Shown: positions 24,501 to 30,899 of the stretch, piece after piece
Layout: each line of letters starts with the position of its first letter
Position numbering within the stretch: the stretch's first letter is position 1
IMG/VR virus record: IMGVR_UViG_3300034121_000850
Location: 18,889 to 82,888 of that record
DNA: 64,000 nucleotides
Direction: 5' to 3' (one strand)
Origin: a virus
Notes under the pieces: generated by a model
What the model was told of the DNA's origin: nothing
Seen by the model: the letters and a program-made list of their open reading frames with translations, nothing else
Databases searched by the model: none
Program-made: the position numbers and the translations under genes

Positions 24501-26825
24501 TAATTCTTCTTGTGTTAAAGCTTCTTTATTTGCTTTATTTCTATTAGTGTCATTAACACTTTTTAACGTTTCATTATATGTATTAATTTCACTTTTAAAA
24601 TTAGGATGGTTTATATTTAAGTTATCAATATCTTCTTGAGTTAAAGTATTATTTTTAACTTTTTCATCTACAATAGCTTTATCTTTTTCAAAAGCATCTT
24701 TTTCCTCTTGTGCTTTCTTAACTTTAGCTTCTTCTGCTTTTTCTGCTCTAATACGTTTATCGGCTTCTATAGATTTTTTATCAAAATCAGTACCACCTGC
24801 TATATCATTATATAGCTTTAAGAACTTTTTTTCAACATCTTTTAAATAATAAAATTCTTCAAATTTATTACCTAAATCTTTTTTAGAATCTTTACTTAAA
24901 TTGCTATAAGTTGTATTTACATAATTATCAAGATTTGAAAGAACATCACCTTCTTTAAGACCTTTTTCAAATTCTTTTAAAGTAAATTCATTTAAATCTA
25001 TTAATGATTTACCATCTAAACCAGCTTCAAATTCAGTTATTTTTTCCCCTATAAATTCAATATTAGATGCAGCATCATATAACGCAGCCCGCGCTAATTC
25101 ATGTTTATCTCCATAAATACTATTAATCTTATTTTCAAGAGTTTGAAGTTTATAAGCCTTACTTATCATAGCTTCAACAAAATCATCTTGAGTAGCTTTA
25201 TCAAAAATCTTTGTATTCGTACCACCAAATTCTTTAGTAAACTCTTCAAAACTTAAATCTTTGAGAAGTTTAATATCTTCTATAAAAGAGTCAAATGTAT
25301 TAGATTTATTAGCTAAAGAAACTCTTGCAGCTAAATCAGCTACACCATCAATACCTTCAAAATTACTTGTAGCTTTTGCAAAAAAGTTATTACTATTAGC
25401 TTTTACAAATGAATTATAAGACTTTTGAAAAACATCACTATCTACATAAGCATTTAATTCTTTTAATAAAGATTCTGTATATAAATCTTGTTGAGTATCT
25501 TCCCCTCTAAAAGCATCCCATATACCACCTTCCATTCTTATACCAATTTTACCTGTACCAGTTCTACCAGGAGCGCCAATACTACCAATAAGAAAACCAA
25601 TTAAAGCTTGCTCTTGTCCTTCTTTAGTACCAAAAGATTCTTTTAATGCAAAAGCAGCAGATTCTGCAGCTTGTCCTAATTTATCTAAATTTTCATTATT
25701 ATATGTATTTCTATAATAATCATCTAAATATTTTTCAACTGTATATTGACTTAACTCTTGTGCAGCTTCAGTTAAAGGATTATAAATACCTTTAGCAATC
25801 CTTTCAGCTTTTGTAGCACTAGGAGCTTTTATAAAATTCTTACCAACTCTAATAATATTATTAGGTTTAAAAGCAGCAGTACCCCCTTTTAAGATTTTAC
25901 CAAATTGTATAGCATTTGAAAAACCTACAATAGGTAAATTCATTGCAAATCTTACATTACCTAAAACTTCAGAAGCTTCTTTAATTTCTGTTAATTCAGA
26001 ACCTTCGGGAGTTCTACCATGTTTTAATATAAAATCATTAGTAGCGTTTCTAACAAAACTGTCTTTACCTTCACGTGCTTCAACAGCAGACTCCGCAACA
26101 GCTGATGCAGTATAAACTACACCTGTTTCAAAAGCAGTTAAACCAGTATAAGCTGCTCCAGTTTTACCGATAGCATTTGTAGCTTCTGCAATAGAAGTAG
26201 CTTTAACACCTCCTTTAATAGCTAATTTTGCAGCTTTAGTACTAAATTTCATAGCAGCACCAACACCAAAACCCCCTACTAAAGCCCCTGCTGTAAACCC
26301 TAAACCACCTAAAACTTTATCAGCCCAAAAATTAGCAGAAGTAAGCCCTTTTAAAAGTCCAGCATCTTCTTCTGCTTTTGTGTAATAATGAGGAAATCGT
26401 TCTTTAATATTATCTTTAATAGAATCTAAATACCTTGAAGCATCATTATCAAAAATTAGATTAGCGTCTTTATTAGCTATTGCTTTTGGTATACCATAAG
26501 TTATATCTGTAACAGTTTCAACAGCGGTAGCCCCAGCTATAGCTGCAAAATTTACTATACCATTAACCCATTTAGTAGATGTAGGAGTTCTTCTTGCACG
26601 AATCTCTTCATTATTAGCATTAACTTTAAGTTGAAAATCAAATTTAGACATATAATTTCCAGGTACATCTAAACCAGAAAATTTATTATTAGGTTTACCA
26701 AGAACAGCTTTAGCAGCTTCTATATTAAGATTAGTTTCAGTTTTTGCAGTTTTAGGTGTTGGGTCAACCTGTAAAGGTTTATTTAATAACGCGTTAGCTG
26801 CGTCTATATTTAGATTATTCTCCAT
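9579..26825 (-). CDS. virion-packaged DNA-dependent RNA polymerase polyprotein (crAss-type, two-barrel) with accessory domains
   Basis: 5748 aa; catalytic TGMDFDIDSLY (DFDID at 14571-14585) preceded by YRIPTSGKHS; TSDGGGYI; HELGH zincin; C-terminal SLOG, DUF4326-like and 2OG-Fe(II) motifs. Confidence 0.92.
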   Translation of the reverse strand: MENNLNIDAANALLNKPLQVDPTPKTAKTETNLNIEAAKAVLGKPNNKFSGLDVPGNYMSKFDFQLKVNANNEEIRARRTPTSTKWVNGIVNFAAIAGATAVETVTDITYGIPKAIANKDANLIFDNDASRYLDSIKDNIKERFPHYYTKAEEDAGLLKGLTSANFWADKVLGGLGFTAGALVGGFGVGAAMKFSTKAAKLAIKGGVKATSIAEATNAIGKTGAAYTGLTAFETGVVYTASAVAESAVEAREGKDSFVRNATNDFILKHGRTPEGSELTEIKEASEVLGNVRFAMNLPIVGFSNAIQFGKILKGGTAAFKPNNIIRVGKNFIKAPSATKAERIAKGIYNPLTEAAQELSQYTVEKYLDDYYRNTYNNENLDKLGQAAESAAFALKESFGTKEGQEQALIGFLIGSIGAPGRTGTGKIGIRMEGGIWDAFRGEDTQQDLYTESLLKELNAYVDSDVFQKSYNSFVKANSNNFFAKATSNFEGIDGVADLAARVSLANKSNTFDSFIEDIKLLKDLSFEEFTKEFGGTNTKIFDKATQDDFVEAMISKAYKLQTLENKINSIYGDKHELARAALYDAASNIEFIGEKITEFEAGLDGKSLIDLNEFTLKEFEKGLKEGDVLSNLDNYVNTTYSNLSKDSKKDLGNKFEEFYYLKDVEKKFLKLYNDIAGGTDFDKKSIEADKRIRAEKAEEAKVKKAQEEKDAFEKDKAIVDEKVKNNTLTQEDIDNLNINHPNFKSEINTYNETLKSVNDTNRNKANKEALTQEELDGITDVSQKGFAVAYPAYYRSMKKYIDNDDYYQLKKAGKRFLRLIEEQDEKFIENPSYIYLKNFIEDIKDEQIFNNEDTLFSSVPAVDDTTPDDAPIVFPDSNTNPIVITPTLAEVVIYSVEAFTIEEQISELENVVNSEEFATTEILKKHWQTRKDLLANKIKQLRQLLKEGIKTGEDVHKATILLNDIRGTLNEGIDLNKTEYLVSLENKFRELAKNIESTFPQKLIQDYINYMNDKIKSRGMSIEKDLVKFTGLNAYTLDGKNEEYFLTNINKSIKEAKTDIERRKGLNGVEEIIFSNPNFKLEGFEIDGNYWNVVTSTDRAKVLVNINGVIVPFYLTTGQAGKGLVAGWYPFFGIGKDGWLNKTDKSDMEAYYERYWGKEVADIVKSVSDELNSFYGTDPATFKNDGDPNATSRPLTTLADKVEDYINSKLSYTPAINNADARKTLRSNVEQLGKEIIAKYDAEPAALSTTDAKADIERRREEELEALPFDEEAKQRLEFAKTKGQERYLRELKLQASKIAGRVDTSTGKSILIPSGSDILEKHDAEDVLNNPSSSIESRIMAIQKLAEINKPYNEARKSDILKSIDKIKSGAILGSGDLEIKKIYDAELSALGIKTEIIEEEVIEEEVIEDIAEVIGSHITIEFPSPVIEFTVEPVSDIVEDTTQIVADNKDLIEALEKENEQLEQESVALTDILQQAREKAKLVEVIEEVLTPEVVATIAEEEGITEEEVTEKVLEALREPEKPSVIGEILSALQKAVLAIRKVIGSLALAGVFTLSITSFATTIDTNFNTNFDTKVLTEGVVNDIMYSTPAQWAKRFLDKKGLIEVAEEQMVPIAAKPVVVVKPKPSKFFQIIGTVPDSYTAKDSIYSYRSQWDNADGFRYIPVPVKKDLPKEGLKVKGVIGVGHFMLDGSAFNNYSHEYNKDYIEKAKRENHWVPVFKKNADNSVQLSYKKANDLKVSDNVISPLRQMAFSDITFDKTRNPEGFKKTVREVLLQDGTGTYLIYKDRNAYSRFSGGSVVFIFKDKYDNTIVRDFAGSLNQIENEGIQIQKEYNLNPKDLILGYHDVGSFSAKPKAVNGEIDSKQWSGFNNEGWTGGALLIPIEGNIQPTTANVPNTPTEASLLGLLGLFSFYRKKLDNDENLSEEDELIILNRIYEIQLKINQNLLTIKQILADLETPYNSVVAEDFFLAKDSNTEDFEEFQDMLSNIGGGVNVFISSLEKVKREEINVILTEEQGKTLAAIKELVNGSKLVLSIDTDNKEFNGIPKSKEDLEKWIKGVPIKVSTTEGVAIAHLNKTGNTVNLEEKEANVSSKGGLVHLVSEPLLVEALLKNSNEDLVALRKEVFNFNYKSISNNLASILELSTSGNAFSKVIHLQKLLSRNVDNSSTGEDYRRSLTRWKTIIENDFAATQTLRNRLLSKIQQNGVDATVDTEVNRITSGAVQFAVDKENNYIFRTIKEFKKGKLKVTIASTKLGENPKMLFDLKTGEPVYNRYIEEGEKTLGKDFESAFQYLVIDGVKGKAIPVKLFRSDLGDNLEARDFVYNSILEIIDAFHKDPEATINNKINNLKDKIRVFTPISSRFRKNVKGVNAAYFNVNISDKIIEFTIGNDSYKIYPFNKAGKAHSLVTMLVNDELITGSKAKAKIKDAIKGLKRNYDYRSVDNFVNPLTGKKEDYYDWIIENDVLSTNVADVKVGKKFVGNIAVKGHYPLVLTLDSTGLKKEDKVDDSTPDKTDSSEPTTFGDDLWFADVKSLYNNEANIPEITDAVVLKHSKNVITAQNNSEFFENILANTESTLGKTILNHFINNNGIKLVVLDDSKFFEDSTGKTKASIFARYSRKRKTIFINPKKFKTNIHDFTNHVLVHELGHQLTVDAVMQGEVLDKLVKDGYKLNSSEKNIHNLYKELNVIFNEYLKRTSDRSSLSSINLLEFIAEAISNKNTIKELQKLQFPKEVIDSEETIQASDSFFDRIINSIVKFFNKLFKAEKAPQIEESNLYDEFSKILKSNWSILNDFKSTSENDTFVNFAKNNNQFTSVVDNFSIEEEEHLLNSLTGFLSQKYQEAKNTSLKGSIDETVIDNIEVYSFKSTTINAIKKKIDLKVAEVEKTENPTIKEFKLKQLNLLDRTLKDLENNNTENSIWVKINENLISKLNYDLDDIDVESEETANSLVKNWEDTTSLKPFADRVSDPIRTLVYNLPLVKNISFNTTVGKFEVTVDQDTLSGLVEFVDYNLSFNYLRETLVGIVNIDDMMNRLYNITTIAPFYGIFYNKIIENKGNIKDGLYALMSTPDIDIENQRITEIDGNLSFKTAISNIKAEHRISNKWITTFKYKDEVKAFTPENLIILQNKINKAKNLNTSLEDKINIAEQLLDAVGINIDKKTIIKIINSNKEPNKKLVVENVFINTVARVIRDYAVNERFDSYKTFNSLAKLYKKYDIFLGENTFKNVTGKTEGAHRMPSFITTFIDEIVGYKKGNNLAESKLLTRLQGLALSPSNKYSNWLWNTEEVFGMLLTTDGVKDVAKATLNREFFNYFNILGQDGLKNTTTGVGKKYNTQNSFEWNLNNAINYLTTTKYDVNSELIRSPFLTMSNSPTRYDLQVKRIAVKEGDITFNKNGIELKTDSSLFNAIYNTTLQEVERMHQATLFMYETEEVNGVRRVVRDEQGNLIINRKNEPFFLESYHFHIKGGVRIYQQNKKPVGRVFEFHNIPSLNSVDSLFMQGIVYKDVYNSIDNTIAAEEAIQKEISGIYKEFYKTNNKFKKILSPFFTVANKKFLDSDYNTFLVESSLNYYINNVELQNFIFGVTAEYANNVTVNKRAKAPGSPGEKGSLTEIGDTRNILIVDDIISESSVYNLMVENTTKDIMEETGVEETKAKALATSLLADYKKIKTSDGGGYIMLDFLEKTLKEHGRYETYKDLFAKIKANQKLNYLEVKTLLGVFKFHDYSRNFDENVEIVVSKQFKYAAVPYIPQMFETNPKTGERTQISKLIESIAIKDENNNTIGYKADEVVYKSGKKFGHFQTNIIVDINNNLLDNLDNLVFEKAKNENWTLQQETPTDYEDYAAKLAVQISKFILTNIPFEHNYNVDGTNVKGSDVIALFQDNLVKLLEFSRKVVDDKLGITYDEFGEVSIDLQTVVDFLKSDTSKPLSSNLKAALTIDEKSNKLYLPLDANTTKDTFMSSLLSVWSNNVTKQKMPGFHAIVASDALMYDVAHSGELDVKFVDGVWVIETWLPAWSSDFYEKGELIDINKLDVNLRRLIAYRIPTSGKHSVAVLEVVGFLPKEIGATMVVNKDLITRTGMDFDIDSLYVMVAHHEKTDDGFKKLDTKRKPTNKEYLKDLKAFKSGKQLQEVLNQFNDNYFNDRNQLISEKKLILSRESTVIKNIFRTNVNLQTLFSDKFKEFEVLNEAFEDEYEILEKELVEFNKILAAERANLSLTETAKITTITDSFLKAAFNTDKFWEFRLDVIQEMAELQSKYITDSNNMIEDIIKNVRIGDKLVDKLNKVQNTLLQSNIDEIKRINTSTKAAESEYKQAIYDLTVNHNIEKDNLISLYVDSLLEYNTVAQRQNVTFNVMMSVMSNSTHQLEAIEPAQFPETLAIAAKLNGTKKKEPNPVDPNVNGNLRDSSVGSLSNTGLSASNAGTWAVLQTVRAKSSQSYSATYPINEILFTVEDLIKKHGSDNVIVSENSVTIVFDKFGWNNDGTFININGKKYSYINGLLTDHSVDSVANPLPRNINEVTFNVISAVNNITGDIELALLLVNQPIILEMVENYYNANNIISQKFLSDTIKDTERYLFGSLYNLLVQTKKIKENKLFEQGLKDAKFRVKNETLKKYLGVDRSLNKVFSIKDLDNAIQKSKQKTLTLAERIEYIQSQIIALKHFKELDKLGKKILKLSTIFAVDKIGAGPSTTKTHDITFNITELAKKDDFYIEESDGTRTNLIKAIFPKLFGIDKKSVHPLIEAYYLNSNKAGADAMESLFITESAFFRQAFNDLRTYIPITQYNKIDGIKRSFDKFINTKLYRSNDAFKLSDVQIKTILGLNNTVVDSNKTLTFEDFLTYPIFNQIEVVKNILKLKTTETHIINYIEVKPATKTQGKKLQFNNIKEDAIEKRLRRSLDEMYYSNDPYVSLLGKNLVLYADLAWGLAPVTDSYAKIISLDILVNEFNVGLGLYNFDENNHYYKEFSESFLRNNTNILPLTKTQVDWDTQKVEGIDWRLTKDNVVLIHEDYYHNLDADQQKDILKIPNSNENLSLSTEILIKKVGIINGFMVYVPLSLLGSRNLIETGDVSILDSNKINDELSDLKIESLKQEEEKEATKAEKAIELAKKVVKRLTTDISNFINHSGGAIGADSAWDTIGETFGMINNYHYFYGDKTPKGNKVITTEELKEGVIRVKKTYKILGRPDIPKYYPLHGRNWFQVKNSDAVYAVSTILSPNEVDKKGYTNKSKKSVVEGGTGYAVEMAIQIDKPVYVFNQRKTQDYEIGWYQWDSSENDFIKVGTPILTKDFAGIGTRELNAAGEAAIKEVYIKTIESLEKDSNNGNTAEYIYSQLGDKTQSENVKIVEKPYEYSDEQKKGNAVVAYKSTKMPTSFENPFHMSGKTTKENVIDFIDFVLSSNEPQAEWIREQIKSGKFKNKPIYYGNTKANKANEPSHATALDYLINKYNWNTEQTVTVVSEAYGVIQAETTPTKEKTQQFVDIIKPQIKAQTYKENKGKFANEMFHYGLMWARTNPLAKPVKIDSFDKNSKYYSYHSLDQKGNQLPSLGVLNPIIREIEKAIGVDMSVYDSVIGNIYTDDQYIYPHKDTTESVSARNYPVIVYTIGNDAGLGIVDDNDGKMTFANKYDKQWLPDNEKLKGYTNELQTTNGSIYTFGLNGKGRFELTHSTPMNSKKMLDFPAITLPNGEVITKYTITLTFRRAQDLGNLPSSPAQFTKNTVKSTSKKGTQTSMDFSSIPDKDAEDKNEQCKTKK
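22594..22638. repeat. 15-bp tandem repeat (about 3 copies) encoding an acidic EEEVI linker in the RNAP polyprotein
   Basis: TCTTCAATTACTTCC repeated; protein IIEEEVIEEEVIED. Confidence 0.85.
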
Positions 26826-26826
26826 T

Positions 26827-29127
26827 TTATTTTACAGGTTCTTTAGTATATAACGCATTAACATATTTTTCTAAATCTTCAAGATTTCCAATTAAATTAT
26901 CCCCCATACCATTAACATTAACTAAAAATCTAGGTACACCACTATTACCTGAAATACCTTCAGTATAAGGATTAGCTAACGTAACTTTTATATTATCAGC
27001 AGGGTCACCAACAAAACCAGAAATAGTTTCTCCATTTAATATTTTTTGTACTTGATTATTAATCATAATATTACCTTTAGGACTTCCTGTTCTATGTTTT
27101 ATATAAAAACCTTCTTGTCTTTCAGGAGAAACAGGTATTGTGTAAACAATATCATCTGTAGAATTTTCATTTACTATATGAAATTGCATTGTATTTTCAT
27201 TTTCACTAAGAGGTATAATATCAGTTTGTTTAATAATTGCTGGTACTGTATTAACTTCTACTCCATCTAAAGTTCTTACTTGTGTAGAAGGTAAACTTGC
27301 CCTAATAAAACCTTGTGCAACTGCAACAGCTTTAGGATTTGTAATAGTTTTACTTTCTACTTTTGCAATATTAGATTCAGACATTTCTTTAGCAGCTTTA
27401 TCTAATTTTTCTTTTTCTACATTAGAAGTATTAGATACTAAAGATAATTTATTATTATGAATAGCTCTACCTTTAGCAACACCACTTAAACCATTCCAAG
27501 CTTTAACACCATCTTCTACAAGTGGACCTAAACCCTTTCTAAATAGTCCTTCACTAGCAGTCATAACTAATGCAGCAGATTTATCATCACCTTTTTGTTT
27601 AAAATATAAAAAAGCTTGCATACGTTGTTGTTCAGTAGCCCCTAAAACATCTGTTTCAACTAATTTTGCAAGTCCTGCAAAATCAATAGTTATACCAGCT
27701 TTTTTAAATATATCTTTAACGTAATTATCTTTTTTAAGCTTTTCTTCATGATTTTCTCTAGCTTCTAATTGAAGTCTATATAAAATAGGGTTATCCCCAA
27801 TATTAATATTTTCCCCATCTTGTGTAACATTTATAACAGGATAACCTTCTGAATCATAAGTAACATCTTCTACTTTATAAGCAGGTTTTCCTTTTAAATC
27901 TTTATTTAAATTAGTAACATAAGCACTAACCGCTGTTGCAGTTTTAATAGCTTTAGCGTCAACATTTGCAACATTCTTTTCTGCTTGTTCTACTGTTTTA
28001 GGAGCAGTATTTACATGAGCTACTATATCAGTAACTGTTTCTACACTAGCAGTTTCACCTTTAGCAGCTGCTAAAACCTTACCAACTCTTGCAGAATCTT
28101 GTAATACATTTTGTTCTAAACTTTGTTGAACATAATCTGCTTTCTTACTACCATATTGCATTAACTCTGTTGTTATATTAGCTTTATGATATTCTTTAGC
28201 AATAGCATTATTTATTTCTTGGTCTGTTGCAGTAGGATTTGCATTTTTATACAAATCAAACATTTTTTGATACCCATTTTCTCCTTTAGGGTCATCTTTA
28301 GTTATAAAATTAGAAGCAACATCTTCTTTAGAAAAATCTACATCCATTGTATCGACATGAGCTCTATAATTTAAATGCTCTTGATAACCCCCATTATTAT
28401 CTAATGCAAGTTTAATTGATTCTGCGACTTCACTAGCACGAATAGTTTTAATAGTATTTTTTCCATGAATTACAAAAGTAGCTTCTCCAGTAAGAGGGTC
28501 AGGTGGACCTTGATTATAACTTACATAACCTTCAACACCTTGGTCAAAAGCATAATCTTTAATTACTGTTTCAACAACAGCTATTGCATCAAAAGGAGTT
28601 GCAGGTACTTTATAAGGATTATAATGACTAACATATTTTCCTGTTACTTTATCTACATGATCATTTCCGACATTCTTTTGAGCATTAGCTACTAATTTTT
28701 GTTGGTCTGCATGAGGTATTTTAGCAGCTTCTAAACTTTTAATATATTCTTCATTTTTAGTAACATTACCTAAAACTCCTTGTAACATTTGGTCACTTGA
28801 GTAATCTCTAACAATACCAGAAATCTCTATTTCAGCATCTTCATAATTTCCTCTATTTTTTAAATCTTCAAGTTGTGCTTTAGCTTTATTAGTAGCTTCA
28901 AGTAAATGAGGTTCATTACCCTTTAAAGCACTAAAATTAGCAAGCATTGTTGACATTTTATCTGTTTCACGTTTGTTTGCGATAAATTTATCTTCTTGTG
29001 CTTTATATGCAGTAGCGTATTCTTCAACAGGTATAGATTTTTTAGCCGTACCTTGATATAGGGCGTTCTTTTCTTCTGCAAAAGAAAGAGTAGGAAAAAG
29101 ATTATTAGTAGCTGCTAAAGTTTCCAT
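26827..29127 (-). CDS. virion cargo protein upstream of RNAP (putative)
   Basis: 766 aa, helical, at the syntenic position between the Gly-rich cargo protein and RNAP. Confidence 0.6.
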   Translation of the reverse strand: METLAATNNLFPTLSFAEEKNALYQGTAKKSIPVEEYATAYKAQEDKFIANKRETDKMSTMLANFSALKGNEPHLLEATNKAKAQLEDLKNRGNYEDAEIEISGIVRDYSSDQMLQGVLGNVTKNEEYIKSLEAAKIPHADQQKLVANAQKNVGNDHVDKVTGKYVSHYNPYKVPATPFDAIAVVETVIKDYAFDQGVEGYVSYNQGPPDPLTGEATFVIHGKNTIKTIRASEVAESIKLALDNNGGYQEHLNYRAHVDTMDVDFSKEDVASNFITKDDPKGENGYQKMFDLYKNANPTATDQEINNAIAKEYHKANITTELMQYGSKKADYVQQSLEQNVLQDSARVGKVLAAAKGETASVETVTDIVAHVNTAPKTVEQAEKNVANVDAKAIKTATAVSAYVTNLNKDLKGKPAYKVEDVTYDSEGYPVINVTQDGENINIGDNPILYRLQLEARENHEEKLKKDNYVKDIFKKAGITIDFAGLAKLVETDVLGATEQQRMQAFLYFKQKGDDKSAALVMTASEGLFRKGLGPLVEDGVKAWNGLSGVAKGRAIHNNKLSLVSNTSNVEKEKLDKAAKEMSESNIAKVESKTITNPKAVAVAQGFIRASLPSTQVRTLDGVEVNTVPAIIKQTDIIPLSENENTMQFHIVNENSTDDIVYTIPVSPERQEGFYIKHRTGSPKGNIMINNQVQKILNGETISGFVGDPADNIKVTLANPYTEGISGNSGVPRFLVNVNGMGDNLIGNLEDLEKYVNALYTKEPVK

Positions 29128-29132
29128 TATTA

Positions 29133-30890
29133 TTATTTAGTATCCATTAAAAGTTTTTGTAAAGCTTGTTCAAAACTTACATTAGAAGTCATAGACATTT
29201 TTTTAGCTTTTTTAATAACATCTTTAGATATATCTTTAACCCCGTTTTCAGCAGAAGTATAATCTTTAATTACAGTTTCATCTTCTTCACTTAAAGGAGT
29301 ATCATCATGTGTAGTATAACCTGTAAGATTAGAATTGGCAAGAGTGCTTGGAACACTTGGAACACTTGGAGTATTTGGAGTATTTGGAGTATTTGGAGTA
29401 TTTGGAGTATTTGGAGTATTAGAACCACCATTAGTAGAAGCATTAACAGGAGCAACAGCTTTACCACCATTAGTATTTAATTTAGCATCAAATCTTTCAG
29501 AAGTACCATGACTACCATAAAGAGTTCTCCAAATATCTAATTGTTTTCCTTGATATTCTCTATCATAAGCTTCTTGTTTTGCATCTACTTTAGCTTTATT
29601 AGTTTCAGAAATCATTTGATTTAAGTCTTGTCCAACATCAGCAAGATTTGCAGAATGTGCAGCCAACTTATTAGCATTCCTTGTAGCAGTATCTGTATTA
29701 AACTTGTTTATTTTTTCTGTATTTATATTAGCAATACCTTGTGCATTAAGTCTATTTTGATTTTGCAGTTGCAACTCTGCATTAGTTTTATAAGCGTAAA
29801 CTTTATTTTTAGCATTAATTCCAGTTGCAGTGCCTAACATTATTCTACCTAAAGCGTCAGAAGAACTTGAAGTATTACTTGTAACAGCTCTTTCATAATT
29901 TTTTAAACCAGAATTAATAGAACCAATTTGGTCACCAACTTCAACCCTTGTATTAAGAGGAACTGCATGACTTAAAAGAGGTGCAGGTACATCAGGAGTT
30001 TGTTCTGTTATAATAGCATTAGCAATATTATCAGCAAACATTGATAAATATTGAGGATTAAATTCTCCACCACCCGCAAATTTACGAAAATTTCCAGCAG
30101 TACCACCACTTGCTTGTTTATAAGATTCTTGCATATCATAAATTTCATTTAAAGGATTTTTTAAACCTTTAAGAGTACCTTCAGCTTTTTCAGCGTTACG
30201 TTTATTTGTATTATTCGCATGAGAATCACTTGATTTTACTTTAGCTATTTCTGCCATTTTAGTAAACTCAACTTCAGCATTTTTATAATTATCATGTAAA
30301 GCTTTAATTTTAGGATTTTTAAGCATTTCTTCTGCTATTTGAGCAAAACCTAATTTACTTGATATAACTCTTTTACCGTCTAATATTATCTCTTTTTCAT
30401 CTACATTAGTCCCATTAGATAAAGCAACAGTATCTTCTTCAGGGCTGTCACTTTGTACTTTTTGAACACCTTTAGCTATTGTTTTTAAAGCGCCTCCTTT
30501 TACAGCAACAGGTTTTCTAAGATTTGTAAATATATCTAAAGTAGACATTTCACCACCTAAAGCTTTATAACCTGCAGTCATATCACCTGTTGTAGTTTCT
30601 CCCTCTATTTGGGCATAATCTGCTTTATATCTGTTTTGTCTTGCAAGTCTATCTCTTATATCTCTAGCTTTTTTTTCTTCTTCTGCTTTATCCTCTCCAG
30701 TAACCCAACCATAAATACCACCACCGATAGCACCAACAGCGGCACCAATACCTGTACCAATAGGTCCAAAAAAACTACCTAAACCTGCACCAACAGAAAC
30801 CCCTGTACCTACCCCACTTAAAACATCCATTCCAACGTCATAAGTATCTTCTTTAACTTTTGCATTACCTACTGCTTGTCCTATTGCCAT
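29133..30890 (-). CDS. virion cargo/ejection protein with Gly-zipper membrane segment
   Basis: N-terminal GVGTGVSVGAGLGSFFGPIGTGIGAAVGAIGGG; directly follows the muzzle gene as in crAss-like phages. Confidence 0.7.
   Translation of the reverse strand: MAIGQAVGNAKVKEDTYDVGMDVLSGVGTGVSVGAGLGSFFGPIGTGIGAAVGAIGGGIYGWVTGEDKAEEEKKARDIRDRLARQNRYKADYAQIEGETTTGDMTAGYKALGGEMSTLDIFTNLRKPVAVKGGALKTIAKGVQKVQSDSPEEDTVALSNGTNVDEKEIILDGKRVISSKLGFAQIAEEMLKNPKIKALHDNYKNAEVEFTKMAEIAKVKSSDSHANNTNKRNAEKAEGTLKGLKNPLNEIYDMQESYKQASGGTAGNFRKFAGGGEFNPQYLSMFADNIANAIITEQTPDVPAPLLSHAVPLNTRVEVGDQIGSINSGLKNYERAVTSNTSSSSDALGRIMLGTATGINAKNKVYAYKTNAELQLQNQNRLNAQGIANINTEKINKFNTDTATRNANKLAAHSANLADVGQDLNQMISETNKAKVDAKQEAYDREYQGKQLDIWRTLYGSHGTSERFDAKLNTNGGKAVAPVNASTNGGSNTPNTPNTPNTPNTPNTPSVPSVPSTLANSNLTGYTTHDDTPLSEEDETVIKDYTSAENGVKDISKDVIKKAKKMSMTSNVSFEQALQKLLMDTK
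29348..29420. repeat. 9-bp tandem repeat encoding an (NTP)6(SVP)2 linker
   Basis: (TTGGAACAC)2 followed by about 6 copies of TTGGAGTAT. Confidence 0.95.
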
Positions 30891-30899
30891 AATTTCTAA

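Noticed and set aside
29348-29420. Tandem repeats as a CRISPR array
   Set aside because: 9-bp in-frame repeats without spacers; they encode a Pro-rich linker.
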